From Candidatus Zixiibacteriota bacterium (GTDB lineage Bacteria > Zixibacteria > MSB-5A5 > UBA10806 > 4484-95), in contig JAOZPT010000002.1 of assembly GCA_029932605.1 (NCBI GenBank), positions 15,873-79,872 on the forward strand: a stretch of 64,000 nt of DNA. The letters are read 5' to 3'. How positions within the stretch are numbered: position 1 is the first letter of the stretch; the number at the start of each line of letters is the position of its first letter. Below the pieces are notes generated by a model. That model worked only from the letters and a program-made list of their open reading frames with translations, was not told where the DNA came from and made no database searches. The position numbers were made by a program, and so were the translations under genes. Below are positions 30,280 to 40,879 of this stretch, in pieces.

Positions 30280-31359
30280 TTATCCTCCAATATGTTCATT
30301 CAAAAACGATGCCGAGCCCTCTGCCCTGAAAGCCCTTATGAAATCACACGCTGTCCGGTAAGACTCATCTATTATAGATTTAACGTTTTCGGATGGAATA
30401 TCATCTATCTCTTTCTTAAAAGGTTTTGTTGCCATTTTAATATTTTTACCTTCAGTCTTCGCCCATTGTTTCATGCGAGACATCAAATCTGCGGGTAAAT
30501 GTTTATGGGCGATATTTTGCCAGTGGGTGCCGACATTCCCCTTGCGAATACCATATTCAGCAAATTTCCCAACTATGTTTAAAGGTGTACCGGTAATGCC
30601 ATGTTGAGCGATACGGATATCATGTTTTTTAATTGCCTGATAGATCTCACCGGTTCGGTTTAAATCGATATTTATTTTCTCTCCCTCAAGGTAATTACCG
30701 TGCTTGGAACCGTTGTTAATAGCCAGAAGATTAGGATGTATCCCGTTGTCAAGCAAAGCCGAGATAAAAGATGTCGCCTCTTCCACCGTGGTGATTTCAG
30801 CTGTTTGTCCAGCCGATTTGATCTCGCCAACCTCAACCTCAAGACCCCATCCTGCCTCAACTATGGGTTTGGCAAGCATGGAAGTTATATGAACATTATC
30901 GTCATGTTCATTGAACGAAGCGTCAATAGCAAATGAAGTATAACCCGCTTTAAGCTCCTCTGCAACCAAAACCTTACCCGCTTCTATCTCGTCGTTGCTC
31001 GTGTTCTTGACGGTAATATGGTCACCATGTATGTAAAATGGCATCTCAAAACCGGTTTGTTCAGCATAATCAATCAATGTTTCAAAGAAGATACGCGGTG
31101 TCATACCTGTGTAACCACCATCGATATTCCCCTCGCTTTTAGCAAGCTCGAAACCAACGATTGCATCCAACTCCTGAGCCGCCTTCATAATGCCGGGAAT
31201 TGCATGTTTAATACGAGTATTGCAGGCCATCATTATCATTTGATGGTCGCGGACCGTATGAAAAATATCCCGTCCATTCAAAAGACAAACTTTACTTTTA
31301 GCCCCCAGTTTAGCCTTGATAGAATCAGGCCTTCTTTCAAGTAATTTAAGATAAGCCAT
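30280..31359 (-). CDS. fba: Class II fructose-bisphosphate aldolase
   Basis: IHGDH, GYTSFAIDAS, EVEVGEI, LAINNGSKHG, AQHG, KGNVGT. Confidence 0.9.
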   Translation of the reverse strand: MAYLKLLERRPDSIKAKLGAKSKVCLLNGRDIFHTVRDHQMIMMACNTRIKHAIPGIMKAAQELDAIVGFELAKSEGNIDGGYTGMTPRIFFETLIDYAEQTGFEMPFYIHGDHITVKNTSNDEIEAGKVLVAEELKAGYTSFAIDASFNEHDDNVHITSMLAKPIVEAGWGLEVEVGEIKSAGQTAEITTVEEATSFISALLDNGIHPNLLAINNGSKHGNYLEGEKINIDLNRTGEIYQAIKKHDIRIAQHGITGTPLNIVGKFAEYGIRKGNVGTHWQNIAHKHLPADLMSRMKQWAKTEGKNIKMATKPFKKEIDDIPSENVKSIIDESYRTACDFIRAFRAEGSASFLNEHIGG

Positions 31360-31404
31360 ATCTAACTCCTTTTAACTTTTCAATAATTGCCATAGTTCCA
31401 ACAT

Positions 31405-32082
31405 CTATTTGAACATCCAGGTGATGATAGCGGCTAAAGGTAATGCCAGAATCAAATTGCCAACTTTTATTTTGGACAAGCCAAGGAGGTTAATAGCTAT
31501 GCCAAGAATCATTACTCCACCGGTAGCTGATATCTCGGTCACTATTGCATCGCTTAAAGCTGTTTGAAAATACTTTGCCATAAATGTCAACGCTCCCTGG
31601 TAAACAAAAACAACCAATGCTGAAAAAATTACACCTGGACCCAATGTCGCCGATAGCGCCATCGAGGAAAAACCATCCATTACCGATTTAATATATATAA
31701 GTTCCCCCCTATTGTAAAGACCATCCTCAAACGAACCAACGATCGTCATAGGACCAACACAAAAAAGTAATAAGGCGGTGATAAAACCCAAAACAAAATC
31801 CTGCCTTGATGAACCAACCCTTTTTTTGAGACTCTCTCCAACTTTTTCTAATTTCTCCTCAATTTCCAACCACTGGCCTATAATACCGCCTATTACCAAT
31901 GATACCACAACAATCAAAGCGTTTTCCGTCTTTATAGCCATCTTAACACCTATTAAAACCGTAACCAACCCCAGAGAGATTAGAATTATGCGCTTGTATT
32001 TCTCTTTAAGTTTAGTGCCAGCTAAAAGCCCTATTGAAGAGCCAACCAGGACGGTGCTTGTATTTACCAAAAACCCAATCAT
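31405..32082 (-). CDS. DUF554 family membrane protein
   Basis: LLFCVGPMTIVGS, KSVMDGFSS, KIKVGNL. Confidence 0.9.
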   Translation of the reverse strand: MIGFLVNTSTVLVGSSIGLLAGTKLKEKYKRIILISLGLVTVLIGVKMAIKTENALIVVVSLVIGGIIGQWLEIEEKLEKVGESLKKRVGSSRQDFVLGFITALLLFCVGPMTIVGSFEDGLYNRGELIYIKSVMDGFSSMALSATLGPGVIFSALVVFVYQGALTFMAKYFQTALSDAIVTEISATGGVMILGIAINLLGLSKIKVGNLILALPLAAIITWMFK

Positions 32083-32203
32083 AGTAAGATAGATTGTTAT
32101 ATAATATTAGGGTAGTTTATTGGCAAGGTAAAAGATTTAACCGGGTTGCCGGGAACCTCTTCCCAAGTAAACAGAACCCTGTCAGGAATGGGTACATACG
32201 GTA

Positions 32204-32386
32204 CTACAGGTTATTTTTTTTATTCTTTTTACCCTTATCATCCACTACCCAGCCCTCGCCAACAGCATCCTTCAAATTTCTCTTCTTTGCACTGTGTCGA
32301 GGCTTCTTGCCAATTTCACGTAATAGTGATAATGATAATCTGAATAGTAGAAGCACTGCGATTATGATTAAGATTATTCGTAGCAA
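32204..32386 (-). CDS. Small single-TM hypothetical protein
   Basis: AAGGAG SD before TTG; N-terminal hydrophobic helix; DAVGEGWVVD tail. Confidence 0.6.
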   Translation of the reverse strand: MLRIILIIIAVLLLFRLSLSLLREIGKKPRHSAKKRNLKDAVGEGWVVDDKGKKNKKNNL

Positions 32387-32410
32387 TTATTTCTCCTTAT
32401 ATAGTACGTA

Positions 32411-32434
32411 CCGTCAGGTCGCCCGACCTGACGG
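32411..32434. repeat. REP-like palindrome, copy 3
   Basis: CCGTCAGGTCG-CC-CGACCTGACGG, perfect 11 bp arms; a second GTCGG...CCGAC hairpin at 32451-32470. Confidence 0.7.
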
Positions 32435-32515
32435 CTTGTTTGTTAAAGTGGTCGGACGAGGTAAACCGACAGCATGTTTATCTAGGGTATCTTGTCCAAT
32501 GCTTCGCTATATACT

Positions 32516-33034
32516 TTAATTACTATATGTCCCATCGACTATTTCAAAATCCCTAATTTTTAGTTCCTCCAAACTAGTTAAATCAAACCATTTTTTTCTT
32601 TCTTCTGAAACGTGTTCCACAAACATTCTAAATTTTCTAATCAGTTCCTCCAACATTTGGGAGAATTCCCATTGTTTCAAGGCTTCTATCCTTTTATAGG
32701 TGATGTGCGCCAGGTACTTGTTTACATCATTGTGCTCTTCTATTAAGTATCTTGTTTTTTTACCTCTTTTTTCTTCCCAGCGTTTAACGTCATTAACGTA
32801 ATCGATCGATAATATATCATCATCTTTATTTTTTGAAGACTTATAGAGGAAATCTATGAGGTTACGCCAATGAATAAGAAATGACTCTATGAAAATATTT
32901 TTCAGATAAATATCGTCTTTTGCTTTAAATATCATTCTAAATGCATAATGGAGATGCCTAATTTCATATTGTAAGGTTTTCACCCCTTCTCTCAACTTCT
33001 CATCGTTACCTTTTAAGATAACTCGCTTTTTCAT
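32516..33034 (-). CDS. Hypothetical helical protein, possible HEPN-like fold
   Basis: ESFLIHWRNLIDFL and DVNKYLAHITYKR; AT-rich; 6 bp after the guaA stop. Confidence 0.6.
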   Translation of the reverse strand: MKKRVILKGNDEKLREGVKTLQYEIRHLHYAFRMIFKAKDDIYLKNIFIESFLIHWRNLIDFLYKSSKNKDDDILSIDYVNDVKRWEEKRGKKTRYLIEEHNDVNKYLAHITYKRIEALKQWEFSQMLEELIRKFRMFVEHVSEERKKWFDLTSLEELKIRDFEIVDGTYSN

Positions 33035-33040
33035 CTCATC

Positions 33041-34591
33041 CTACTCCCACTCAATCGTCGCTGGTGGTTTAGATGATATATCATACACCACCCGGTTGAT
33101 GCCTTTGACCTCGTTGATTATGCGATTGGAAACCAAGGCTAAAAAATCCTCGGGCAGCCGTGCCCAGTCAGCGGTCATGGCATCGGTGGAGGTTACCGCA
33201 CGCAAGGTTACTACATTTTCATAGGTTCGTTCATCGCCCATTACACCCACGCTCTTAACCGGCAGAAGAACACAGAACGCCTGCCAGGTTTTGTTGTAAA
33301 GTTTGTGTCGATATAGTTCCTTAATGAATATATCATCAGCCTGTCGCAGAAGGTCTAATCTCTTTGGCGTAACTGCTCCGATAATTCTAACTGCCAGCCC
33401 CGGTCCGGGGAATGGATGGCGCATGGTAAGACTTTTAGGAAGACCAAGTTTAGCTCCAACCATCCGAACCTCGTCTTTAAAAAGCTCTCGCAGAGGTTCC
33501 ACAAGTTTTAGGTGCATCCGACTGGGAAGGCCACCTACGTTATGGTGGGATTTTATCGTCGCAGACGGCCCCTTGAATGAAACCGATTCAATCAAATCCG
33601 GATAAAGCGTTCCCTGGGCTAAGTATTTAATTTTACCAAGCTTATTTGCCTCTTTGGTAAAGACCTCTATAAAGGTGCGGCCAATTATCTTTCTTTTGCG
33701 TTCCGGGTCAGCCACACCCTGCAATCGTTTTAAAAAAAGCTTGGAGGAATCAACATATCTGAGATCCAATCTCAATTTCTCAAATGAGCTGATAACCTCC
33801 TCAGGCTCATTAAGTCGCAACAGGCCATTATTGATGAAGATACAGACGAGATTTTTGCCAACGGCTTTATGCAGGAGCATAGCCGTCACCGAAGAATCGA
33901 CTCCACCGGAGAGAGCACATATCACCCTGTTATTGCCAAGGTGCTCTTTCAAATCATCTATCCGGGTTTTAATGAACGATGTTGGAGTCCAGTTAGCTTT
34001 AGCACCGCATATATCAAATAAAAAATTAGCGATTATTTGACTGCCGTATTCGGTATGGGCTACCTCCGGATGAAATTGCAAGGCATAAACATTCCTCGCC
34101 TTATTTTCAATGACAGCATTGGCAAGGGTTTCGGTTGAGGCTGTGGTTTTAAAACCCGGCGGAAGTTTTATTACCGAGTCACCATGGCTCATCCAGACCT
34201 TTGATGTTTTCGGAAGGTTTTTTAAAATAGGTGAGGCTGATTTGCTACCAGCTCGAAAGCGAAGTTTAAGAACAGCCGGGCCATACTCCCTGGTTTTTGC
34301 CCTCTTGACCTTGCCACCAAGTATATCGACAAGGTGCTGTAGACCGTAGCATATACCAAGTATCGGCAAACCCGATTTCAGCCAGCCCGGATGGAGATGT
34401 GGAGCGTTTTCATCGTGTACCGACGATGGTCCACCTGAAAGGATTATGCCTTTGATAGACTTGTCCGGCTTCACAGCAGGTGGTGTATCATGTTGAACAA
34501 GTTCTGAAAAGACATTGTACTCGCGAACCCGCCTTGTTATAAGCTGTGAGTATTGTGAACCAAAATCCAGTATTATTATTTTATCAACCAT
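33041..34591 (-). CDS. guaA: GMP synthase (glutamine-hydrolysing)
   Basis: [44 protein letters not shown]. Confidence 0.99.
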   Translation of the reverse strand: MVDKIIILDFGSQYSQLITRRVREYNVFSELVQHDTPPAVKPDKSIKGIILSGGPSSVHDENAPHLHPGWLKSGLPILGICYGLQHLVDILGGKVKRAKTREYGPAVLKLRFRAGSKSASPILKNLPKTSKVWMSHGDSVIKLPPGFKTTASTETLANAVIENKARNVYALQFHPEVAHTEYGSQIIANFLFDICGAKANWTPTSFIKTRIDDLKEHLGNNRVICALSGGVDSSVTAMLLHKAVGKNLVCIFINNGLLRLNEPEEVISSFEKLRLDLRYVDSSKLFLKRLQGVADPERKRKIIGRTFIEVFTKEANKLGKIKYLAQGTLYPDLIESVSFKGPSATIKSHHNVGGLPSRMHLKLVEPLRELFKDEVRMVGAKLGLPKSLTMRHPFPGPGLAVRIIGAVTPKRLDLLRQADDIFIKELYRHKLYNKTWQAFCVLLPVKSVGVMGDERTYENVVTLRAVTSTDAMTADWARLPEDFLALVSNRIINEVKGINRVVYDISSKPPATIEWE

Positions 34592-36204
34592 TATCCCTTT
34601 CCCGAAAAATCTCTCTGAATAATCGTGTTTTTTCTGAAATTTTCATCATCCCTCTCTGGAAAATCAATATTATAGTGAAGCCCACGGGACTCTTTGCGAA
34701 GTAAAGCTGATTTTATCAATATCAATGCAACATCAGCGATATTACGAAGCCTCAAAACCTCTTGACGAATAGGATTTTTCTTATAGAACTGCCTTATGTG
34801 TTTGCGCATCATCATACAACGATCGTAGGCCTTCTTCAGACGGTTTTTCGAGCGTACAATACCGACATAATCCCACATCAGCATACGGATCGTCTGTAAA
34901 TCATGGGAAACAATAACCCACTCATGATGGTCAAATACACCGGATTCATCCCATGGAGGGAGAGCAAAGGTTTTTCTTTTTTTGAGCGAGGAGAAGTTTT
35001 TGATAGTCCATCGAGCGGCGAAATCGGCAAATGCAACGGCCTCTAAAAGAGAATTCGAGGCCAAACGGTTTGCGCCATGCATACCGGTGCATGCTACTTC
35101 GCCAGCCGCAAGAAGATTCTTTATCGAGGTGCACCCGTTTATATCCGTAAGGACACCTCCACAGAAGTAATGGGCTGCGGGCACAACCGGTATCGGCTCT
35201 TTAACCGGATCAATACCCAGACTTCGACATTTTTTGACTATGGTTGGGAATCGCCTTTCAATAAAAGTCTTACTCCGATGAGAAATGTCTAAATAAACAC
35301 ATTCATTGCCAGTTTCTTTTAAAACCTCATCTATGGCTCTAGCAACAACATCACGAGGGGCAAGCTCCGCCATTGGATGATAACCCTCCATGAAACGTTC
35401 GCCATTTGATGACAGAAGTACTCCACCCTCACCGCGAAGCGCTTCCGTTATCAAAAACGGTTTATCGTCAGTTGTATAAAGCCGCGTTGGGTGAAACTGG
35501 ACAAACTCGAGGTTTGCAATTTTCGCTCCGGCACGATATGCCATGGCTACACCATCGCCGGTAGCAATATCAGGATTGGTTGTATGTTGATATACGTATC
35601 CCGCACCACCTGTAGCAAGCATAGTCAAATTGGCGTTTAACGTCTTCACCTTGTTTAGCTTGTTATCGTAAACATAAACACCATAACAGGTCAGTTTGCT
35701 TTTGGGTATTTTCTTTCCAAGACGATATTGAGTAATGATATCAATCGCGGTATGCTCCTCGAACAAGTCGATATTTTCATAACCCGCCAGAGAATTCAAA
35801 AGCGCCATCTCAATATTACGTCCTGTATGATCTGCAGAATGGACTACACGATTATGGGAATGCCCACCTTCCCGGCCAAGGTCGTATTTCCCACGACAAT
35901 GGGAAAACTGGACACCAAGGTTAACAAGTTCCTTTATGTATTCAGGTCCTCTTTTCACAACTCTTTTTACGACCTCTTCGTCACAGAGGCCACAACCTGT
36001 TTTTAAAGTGTCTTCAATATGGTTCTTATAGCTGTCGGTTTTATCAAATACCGAAGCAATACCCCCCTGAGCATAGTTGGTCGAAGTGTCGATACGGTTC
36101 TTTTTGGTGATAATGGCTATTTTCCCCAGACGAACTGTTTTAAGAGCGTACATCAAACCTGCTATACCAGAACCGATAACCAGGATGTCATAATTTTCGC
36201 TCAT
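34591..36204 (-). CDS. nadB: L-aspartate oxidase
   Basis: [43 protein letters not shown]. Confidence 0.97.
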   Translation of the reverse strand: MSENYDILVIGSGIAGLMYALKTVRLGKIAIITKKNRIDTSTNYAQGGIASVFDKTDSYKNHIEDTLKTGCGLCDEEVVKRVVKRGPEYIKELVNLGVQFSHCRGKYDLGREGGHSHNRVVHSADHTGRNIEMALLNSLAGYENIDLFEEHTAIDIITQYRLGKKIPKSKLTCYGVYVYDNKLNKVKTLNANLTMLATGGAGYVYQHTTNPDIATGDGVAMAYRAGAKIANLEFVQFHPTRLYTTDDKPFLITEALRGEGGVLLSSNGERFMEGYHPMAELAPRDVVARAIDEVLKETGNECVYLDISHRSKTFIERRFPTIVKKCRSLGIDPVKEPIPVVPAAHYFCGGVLTDINGCTSIKNLLAAGEVACTGMHGANRLASNSLLEAVAFADFAARWTIKNFSSLKKRKTFALPPWDESGVFDHHEWVIVSHDLQTIRMLMWDYVGIVRSKNRLKKAYDRCMMMRKHIRQFYKKNPIRQEVLRLRNIADVALILIKSALLRKESRGLHYNIDFPERDDENFRKNTIIQRDFSGKG

Positions 36205-37199
36205 AATCCCAATAGCTTCTCAAAAATGGATGCATCGCTTACTTCAATTTCTAACACACTAAAATATACATCAATATTCCCAAAATCAAAACCCCCAATT
36301 TTAACTGCATCCTTGTTTGTGGTTAAAATACAATCTGCACCGTAACACATAGCCTCTTCTTTCAGCATATCAATATCCCTTTGAGTATAACGATGGTGGT
36401 CTTTAAAACAAATGAATTTCCGGGGCTTGATATTTACTTTTTCCAGGCTATGCTTAAATTTTACCGGAACACAAATCCCGCAGAAGGCGATAGGTTTTTT
36501 TGAAACTATATCATCAACGTTGAAAGATTCTTTTGACTTTAGATGCGTAAATCCAATTATCGAAGACGATGACCGGAATATCTTTGCTTGAAAATTCATA
36601 TTTATCATATGTTTCCCTCTTGCACTGAGGTCATCACAGGATGTGTAAATTATAATGTTGGCTCTTTTCAATGCCAGAGGTCCCTCGCGCAACAAGCCCA
36701 TCGGAAGATAACCACCCGGGCCCAATGGTTTAGTCTGGTCAAGGCATACTATATCAACATCACGGTCAAGTTTGCGATGCTGGAAACCATCGTCAATGAT
36801 TATCAGCTCGGCTCCGTCGATAGCAGCTTTTCGGGCAGCTTTTGTTTTGGAACCAGCTACATAAACTCTAACATCCTTATTGTTCTGGAATATCTCTAAC
36901 GGCTCATCGCCGGCATCCAGCCAGTTTGATTTATCATCCAGCTCAATAAGTCCTTTTTCAATACGTTTATAACCTTTAGCTACAACGGCGGTCTTAAATC
37001 CAGCTCTCGCCGCCAAATTGGCGATATGAATTACAATCGGTGTTTTGCCAGTACCGCCGGCTACGATGTTCCCTACAGAAATCACCTTGCAGGGAAGTTT
37101 CACTTTGGGAGCCAGCCGCCAATAGATATCCCACAATAAAACGAATCCCCTGTAAACCAGTGAAAATGGCCACAGAAAAAGCCGCCATCGGCCAGACAT
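36201..37199 (-). CDS. lpxK: Tetraacyldisaccharide 4'-kinase
   Basis: SVGNIVAGGTGKTP, GDEP, DDGFQH, LPMGLLRE, DHHRY, TNKDAVK. Confidence 0.95.
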   Translation of the reverse strand: MSGRWRLFLWPFSLVYRGFVLLWDIYWRLAPKVKLPCKVISVGNIVAGGTGKTPIVIHIANLAARAGFKTAVVAKGYKRIEKGLIELDDKSNWLDAGDEPLEIFQNNKDVRVYVAGSKTKAARKAAIDGAELIIIDDGFQHRKLDRDVDIVCLDQTKPLGPGGYLPMGLLREGPLALKRANIIIYTSCDDLSARGKHMINMNFQAKIFRSSSSIIGFTHLKSKESFNVDDIVSKKPIAFCGICVPVKFKHSLEKVNIKPRKFICFKDHHRYTQRDIDMLKEEAMCYGADCILTTNKDAVKIGGFDFGNIDVYFSVLEIEVSDASIFEKLLGL

Positions 37200-38455
37200 T
37201 AAATTAACTCCACCAGCTTTTGGGCAATCCTTTTTGAAATCCCTGAACCAGATACAACCGTCTGCCTGGCTTTCTCACCCATAACCTCCGCAATCTTCTT
37301 GTCTGCTGAAACCTCCTTTACCAAATGTGCCAGTTCCCTGCCGTTTTTTACATAAACAGCACCACCGGACTGAACAAGAAGGTCCGCAAACACACGGCTG
37401 TTGTCCATATAAGGTCCAAAACAGACCATACATCCCGCTGAGGCTGGTTCAAGAGGGTCATGCCCTCCTAATGGCTCAAACGATCCACCTACGAATGCCA
37501 GGTCAGCAAAACGATATAGTCCCCCCAATTCACCCATGGTATCAAGAACAAGAACAGGATTTTCAATATCACCAGCCCTTTGCAAACCGGTTCTTTTAAT
37601 ATAACTTATATTAAACGATTTTAAACTCTTCTCAACCAGCTTAGAGTCCTTCATATGACGGGGGGCAATAATTGTTTTAATGTTATTGATATCTCTTCTT
37701 ATATCATAAATTGCTTTGATTACCTCCATTATTTCACCAGCCCGCACCGAACCCGCTATGAAAACAAATTTATCTTCTTCATTTATAAAATCCACAAGCT
37801 CTTTCGCGGATGGTTTAATATCTCGAATTAGTGCCTGGTCGAATTTGGTATTACCATGGACACCCACACTTGAAGGTAACGCCCCGAGCTCGATAAATCT
37901 TTTGCAGTCGCTATCGGTCTGTGCCATTAATAAATCTACGCTTTGTAACACCGATGAGAAAAGAAACTTAAAAATTTTATAGAATCGAAATGACTCTCTG
38001 GAAATTCTGCCATTAACGATGACAATTTTTACACCTTTTTTCTTCAACTGCTTTATTAAAACAGGCCATATCTCCGTTTCAACAAGCACTAAAAGCACCG
38101 GCCTGATTTTTCGTTTAACCATGTTAACCGCGAATATCGTATCTAAAGGCAAGTAATATATATCAGCTGATGGAAATAACTTTCCGGCCATTTTCTTTCC
38201 GGTTTTGGTGATGGTGGTAATGACTATCCGAATATCGGGGATTATCTCATTCAGCCTGGGAAGGATTGTTGCGATAACTTTAAGTTCCCCCATCGAGGCT
38301 GCGTGAAACCATATCGTCTTCCTATCATCAGGCACAAAATCCCATATGCCGAGCCTTTCCTTTAATCCATGTCCACCGATTAATGCCCGCAACACCAAGT
38401 ATGGCCAGGATATCAAAAGCGCCAATAAAAAAACAATTCTATATATTAAGTACAA
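37199..38455 (-). CDS. waaA: Kdo transferase
   Basis: WFHAASMGE, ETEIWP, APRH, DTMGEL, FVGGS..GGHDPLEP. Confidence 0.95.
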   Translation of the reverse strand: MYLIYRIVFLLALLISWPYLVLRALIGGHGLKERLGIWDFVPDDRKTIWFHAASMGELKVIATILPRLNEIIPDIRIVITTITKTGKKMAGKLFPSADIYYLPLDTIFAVNMVKRKIRPVLLVLVETEIWPVLIKQLKKKGVKIVIVNGRISRESFRFYKIFKFLFSSVLQSVDLLMAQTDSDCKRFIELGALPSSVGVHGNTKFDQALIRDIKPSAKELVDFINEEDKFVFIAGSVRAGEIMEVIKAIYDIRRDINNIKTIIAPRHMKDSKLVEKSLKSFNISYIKRTGLQRAGDIENPVLVLDTMGELGGLYRFADLAFVGGSFEPLGGHDPLEPASAGCMVCFGPYMDNSRVFADLLVQSGGAVYVKNGRELAHLVKEVSADKKIAEVMGEKARQTVVSGSGISKRIAQKLVELI

Positions 38456-39093
38456 CTTCCCACCTCGTTTAATACATCAGCTAAGATATGACTGTGACGT
38501 TTAATTTGCATTTGGCTTTTGACGTTTTCCAAAAGTATCGGTTGACCGTACTGCACAACAATCTCCGCAAAAGGTTTGGGTATTTGAAAACGGTCCCAGG
38601 ATGAAAGCACCCATTTCTTCGAACTATTGCAGGATACCGGTATAATAGGCAAACCCGATCTGGAGGCTAAAAATATCACTCCGGGCTTGACAATTCCTCG
38701 GGGACCTTTGGGTCCATCAACCGTTATCGCTAAGTCTTTAGCCTTCTCATTTTTTATCATCCCGAAAAGACCGGAAACTCCCATCTTTGTCGATGAGCCT
38801 CGGATAGGGTAATAGCCCATACGCTTAACTATGCGAGCAATGATCTCACCATCGATATGAGTCGATATCAGAATGCCAATATTTCTATTGCGGTGAGTAT
38901 AACAAAGACTGAGAATACGGTTATGCCAGAAACAGAATATTACTTTACCGTATTTTGCCCTGCACTGATTTAGCTCGGTTTTGCCCACATATCTTATTTT
39001 CCATGTTGAGCCGATAAGTTTGATAATAAACGGCCCGAGAAAACGAGCAACAAACAGTAAAAGTTTTTGCTTTAATGTGAAGCTCTTGTCCAT
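38446..39093 (-). CDS. DUF374 lysophospholipid acyltransferase family protein
   Basis: FWHNR, DGE, IRGSS, DGPKGP, SWDRFQIPKPF. Confidence 0.88.
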   Translation of the reverse strand: MDKSFTLKQKLLLFVARFLGPFIIKLIGSTWKIRYVGKTELNQCRAKYGKVIFCFWHNRILSLCYTHRNRNIGILISTHIDGEIIARIVKRMGYYPIRGSSTKMGVSGLFGMIKNEKAKDLAITVDGPKGPRGIVKPGVIFLASRSGLPIIPVSCNSSKKWVLSSWDRFQIPKPFAEIVVQYGQPILLENVKSQMQIKRHSHILADVLNEVGSCT

Positions 39094-39217
39094 TATAATA
39101 GGAAATATTAATCTACAAACCAGTCAAAGTCAATTTTAATGTAGTTACAATTAAGATATAGTGAACCTTTAATAGTTGACCCTTTCCAGAGTTAATTAAA
39201 AACTGGCTTTTTCTGAG

Positions 39218-39247
39218 ATAGGTGCGAGGCTGGAAAACATCGCCTAT
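39218..39247. repeat. Degenerate REP-like palindrome
   Basis: ATAGGTGCGA-GGCTGGAAAACA-TCGCCTAT imperfect inverted repeat. Confidence 0.35.
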
Positions 39248-39380
39248 TAGGGTGGTGTTTTTGAAAACTGTAATTTTGAGATTTTTTAGTGGAACTCCTC
39301 GTATAATTCTAACTGACTTAAAAAATTATTGACATAATTAAATATAGTGGCACAGCATTTTTGTGTTTGAAAAATAGTCA

Positions 39381-39735
39381 GTGAACTTTGTTATGATAAA
39401 AGCAAAATTACCTAAAGCCATTATTGGTAATTATTGGCTAGTTATTGTTGTATTCCTTTTTACCACTCTATTTCAAGAAGTATCAGCTCAGTGGCAAGTT
39501 ACTGGAGCTATAATCAGAGACCCTATTAGTCCTATTGACGACGAGATTATTATCCCTGACCAGTATTGTATTACTAAACATTAGTATCTTGGATGGTGGA
39601 AGATTGGGTACTCCAGTAATATTTTCAGATAATTTTGCGATTTCTCCTGATTTGTGTGGCGGATTTTATTGTGTCTGGGAAGGAGGTTGTATATTTTTAC
39701 AACATGAAGTAAGAAATTTGCCTTTAATGGCCTGA
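39381..39735 (+). pseudogene. Frameshifted, truncated remnant of a secreted protein
   Basis: Signal peptide ending VSA|QW in ORF 39381-39584; apparent continuation in another frame (ISPDLCGGFYCVWE); antisense within the lipid A operon. Confidence 0.4.
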
Positions 39736-39736
39736 T

Positions 39737-40879
39737 TTATGTTTTCGTAATATCACTTTGCATTAGCTCCACCGCCGCTACAGCCGCTTTTTTTGCTGCA
39801 CCCGAATCACCCAGCTTTGATTTTATATGTGATAACTGCTCTTTAACCAGCCGGTAATATTTATCATCCTCAAGATATTTCATGGTGATATCAGCGATAT
39901 TTTCAGCGGTGCAATCATTTTGAATCAGTTCCGGCACAATCCGTTTGCCAGCCACCACATTGACCAGACCGATATCGGGAATTTTTACCAGGTTACGGGC
40001 TATACAATACGTTACAAACGAGGTCTTATAAACAACAACCATGGGCGTGCCGATTATTGCACATTCCAACGTTGCGGTGCCGGAACAGACAATATTCATC
40101 TTAGCATATGCCATAAGCTCATAATTGATACCCTCAAGAACGGTAACATTGATACCATAGCGGTCGATTATCTCTCTATAAACCGATTCATCTAAAGCTG
40201 GAGATCTACTGATAACGCCCTTGATGTTTTTGTCTTTAATTATTTTCAAAGCCGATAGCATCTCCGGTAAAATCTTTTTGACCTCCTGCTCTCTTGAACC
40301 GGGGAATAATCCAATTAAAATATCATTATCCTCAAGGTCAGCTTTGTGGCGGAACTCTTCCTCTGTTAAAGATATCTTTACCGTATCTATAAGGGGATGA
40401 CCAACCCATTTGACCGGAATGGCCGCTTTTTCGTAGATATCTTTCTCAAACTCGAAAATTGTCGCCATCATATCGACACTATTTCTTATCTTGTTAACAC
40501 GCTTTTCGCCCCAGGCCCATATCTGTGGACTGATGTAATAAAAAATTTTAACGCCGCGTTTTTTTAATTTTGGTGCCAGGCGAAGGTTGAATCCGGGGTA
40601 ATCAATAAGCACTGCCATTTTCGGTTGAAGCTCGTCCGCCAGGGAAAGGAGCTCTTTTTTAACATGACGCAGAAACCATAAATTTCTTAACACCTCCCAA
40701 AACCCAAAAAAGGCCAGACTTTTAATATGATAAGTGAGATTGACACCAGCCTTAGCCATCATATCGCCACCAAGTCCAAAAAATCTGCAATCCGGTCGAA
40801 TTTGTAAAAATTCTCGAACGAAACCAGCACCATGCATGTCGCCTGAGGCTTCACCTGCAATTATCAAAATATGGTTCAT
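39737..40879 (-). CDS. lpxB: Lipid-A-disaccharide synthase
   Basis: AGEASGD, IDYPGFN, YISPQIWAW, GHPL, PGSR..E, SGTATLE. Confidence 0.97.
   Translation of the reverse strand: MNHILIIAGEASGDMHGAGFVREFLQIRPDCRFFGLGGDMMAKAGVNLTYHIKSLAFFGFWEVLRNLWFLRHVKKELLSLADELQPKMAVLIDYPGFNLRLAPKLKKRGVKIFYYISPQIWAWGEKRVNKIRNSVDMMATIFEFEKDIYEKAAIPVKWVGHPLIDTVKISLTEEEFRHKADLEDNDILIGLFPGSREQEVKKILPEMLSALKIIKDKNIKGVISRSPALDESVYREIIDRYGINVTVLEGINYELMAYAKMNIVCSGTATLECAIIGTPMVVVYKTSFVTYCIARNLVKIPDIGLVNVVAGKRIVPELIQNDCTAENIADITMKYLEDDKYYRLVKEQLSHIKSKLGDSGAAKKAAVAAVELMQSDITKT

Noticed and set aside
32140..32212. GC-richer intergenic stretch containing GAACCCTGTCAGG, reminiscent of SRP RNA
   Set aside because: Lacks the following CCGGAAGGAAGCAG core; only weak end pairing; needs an Rfam scan
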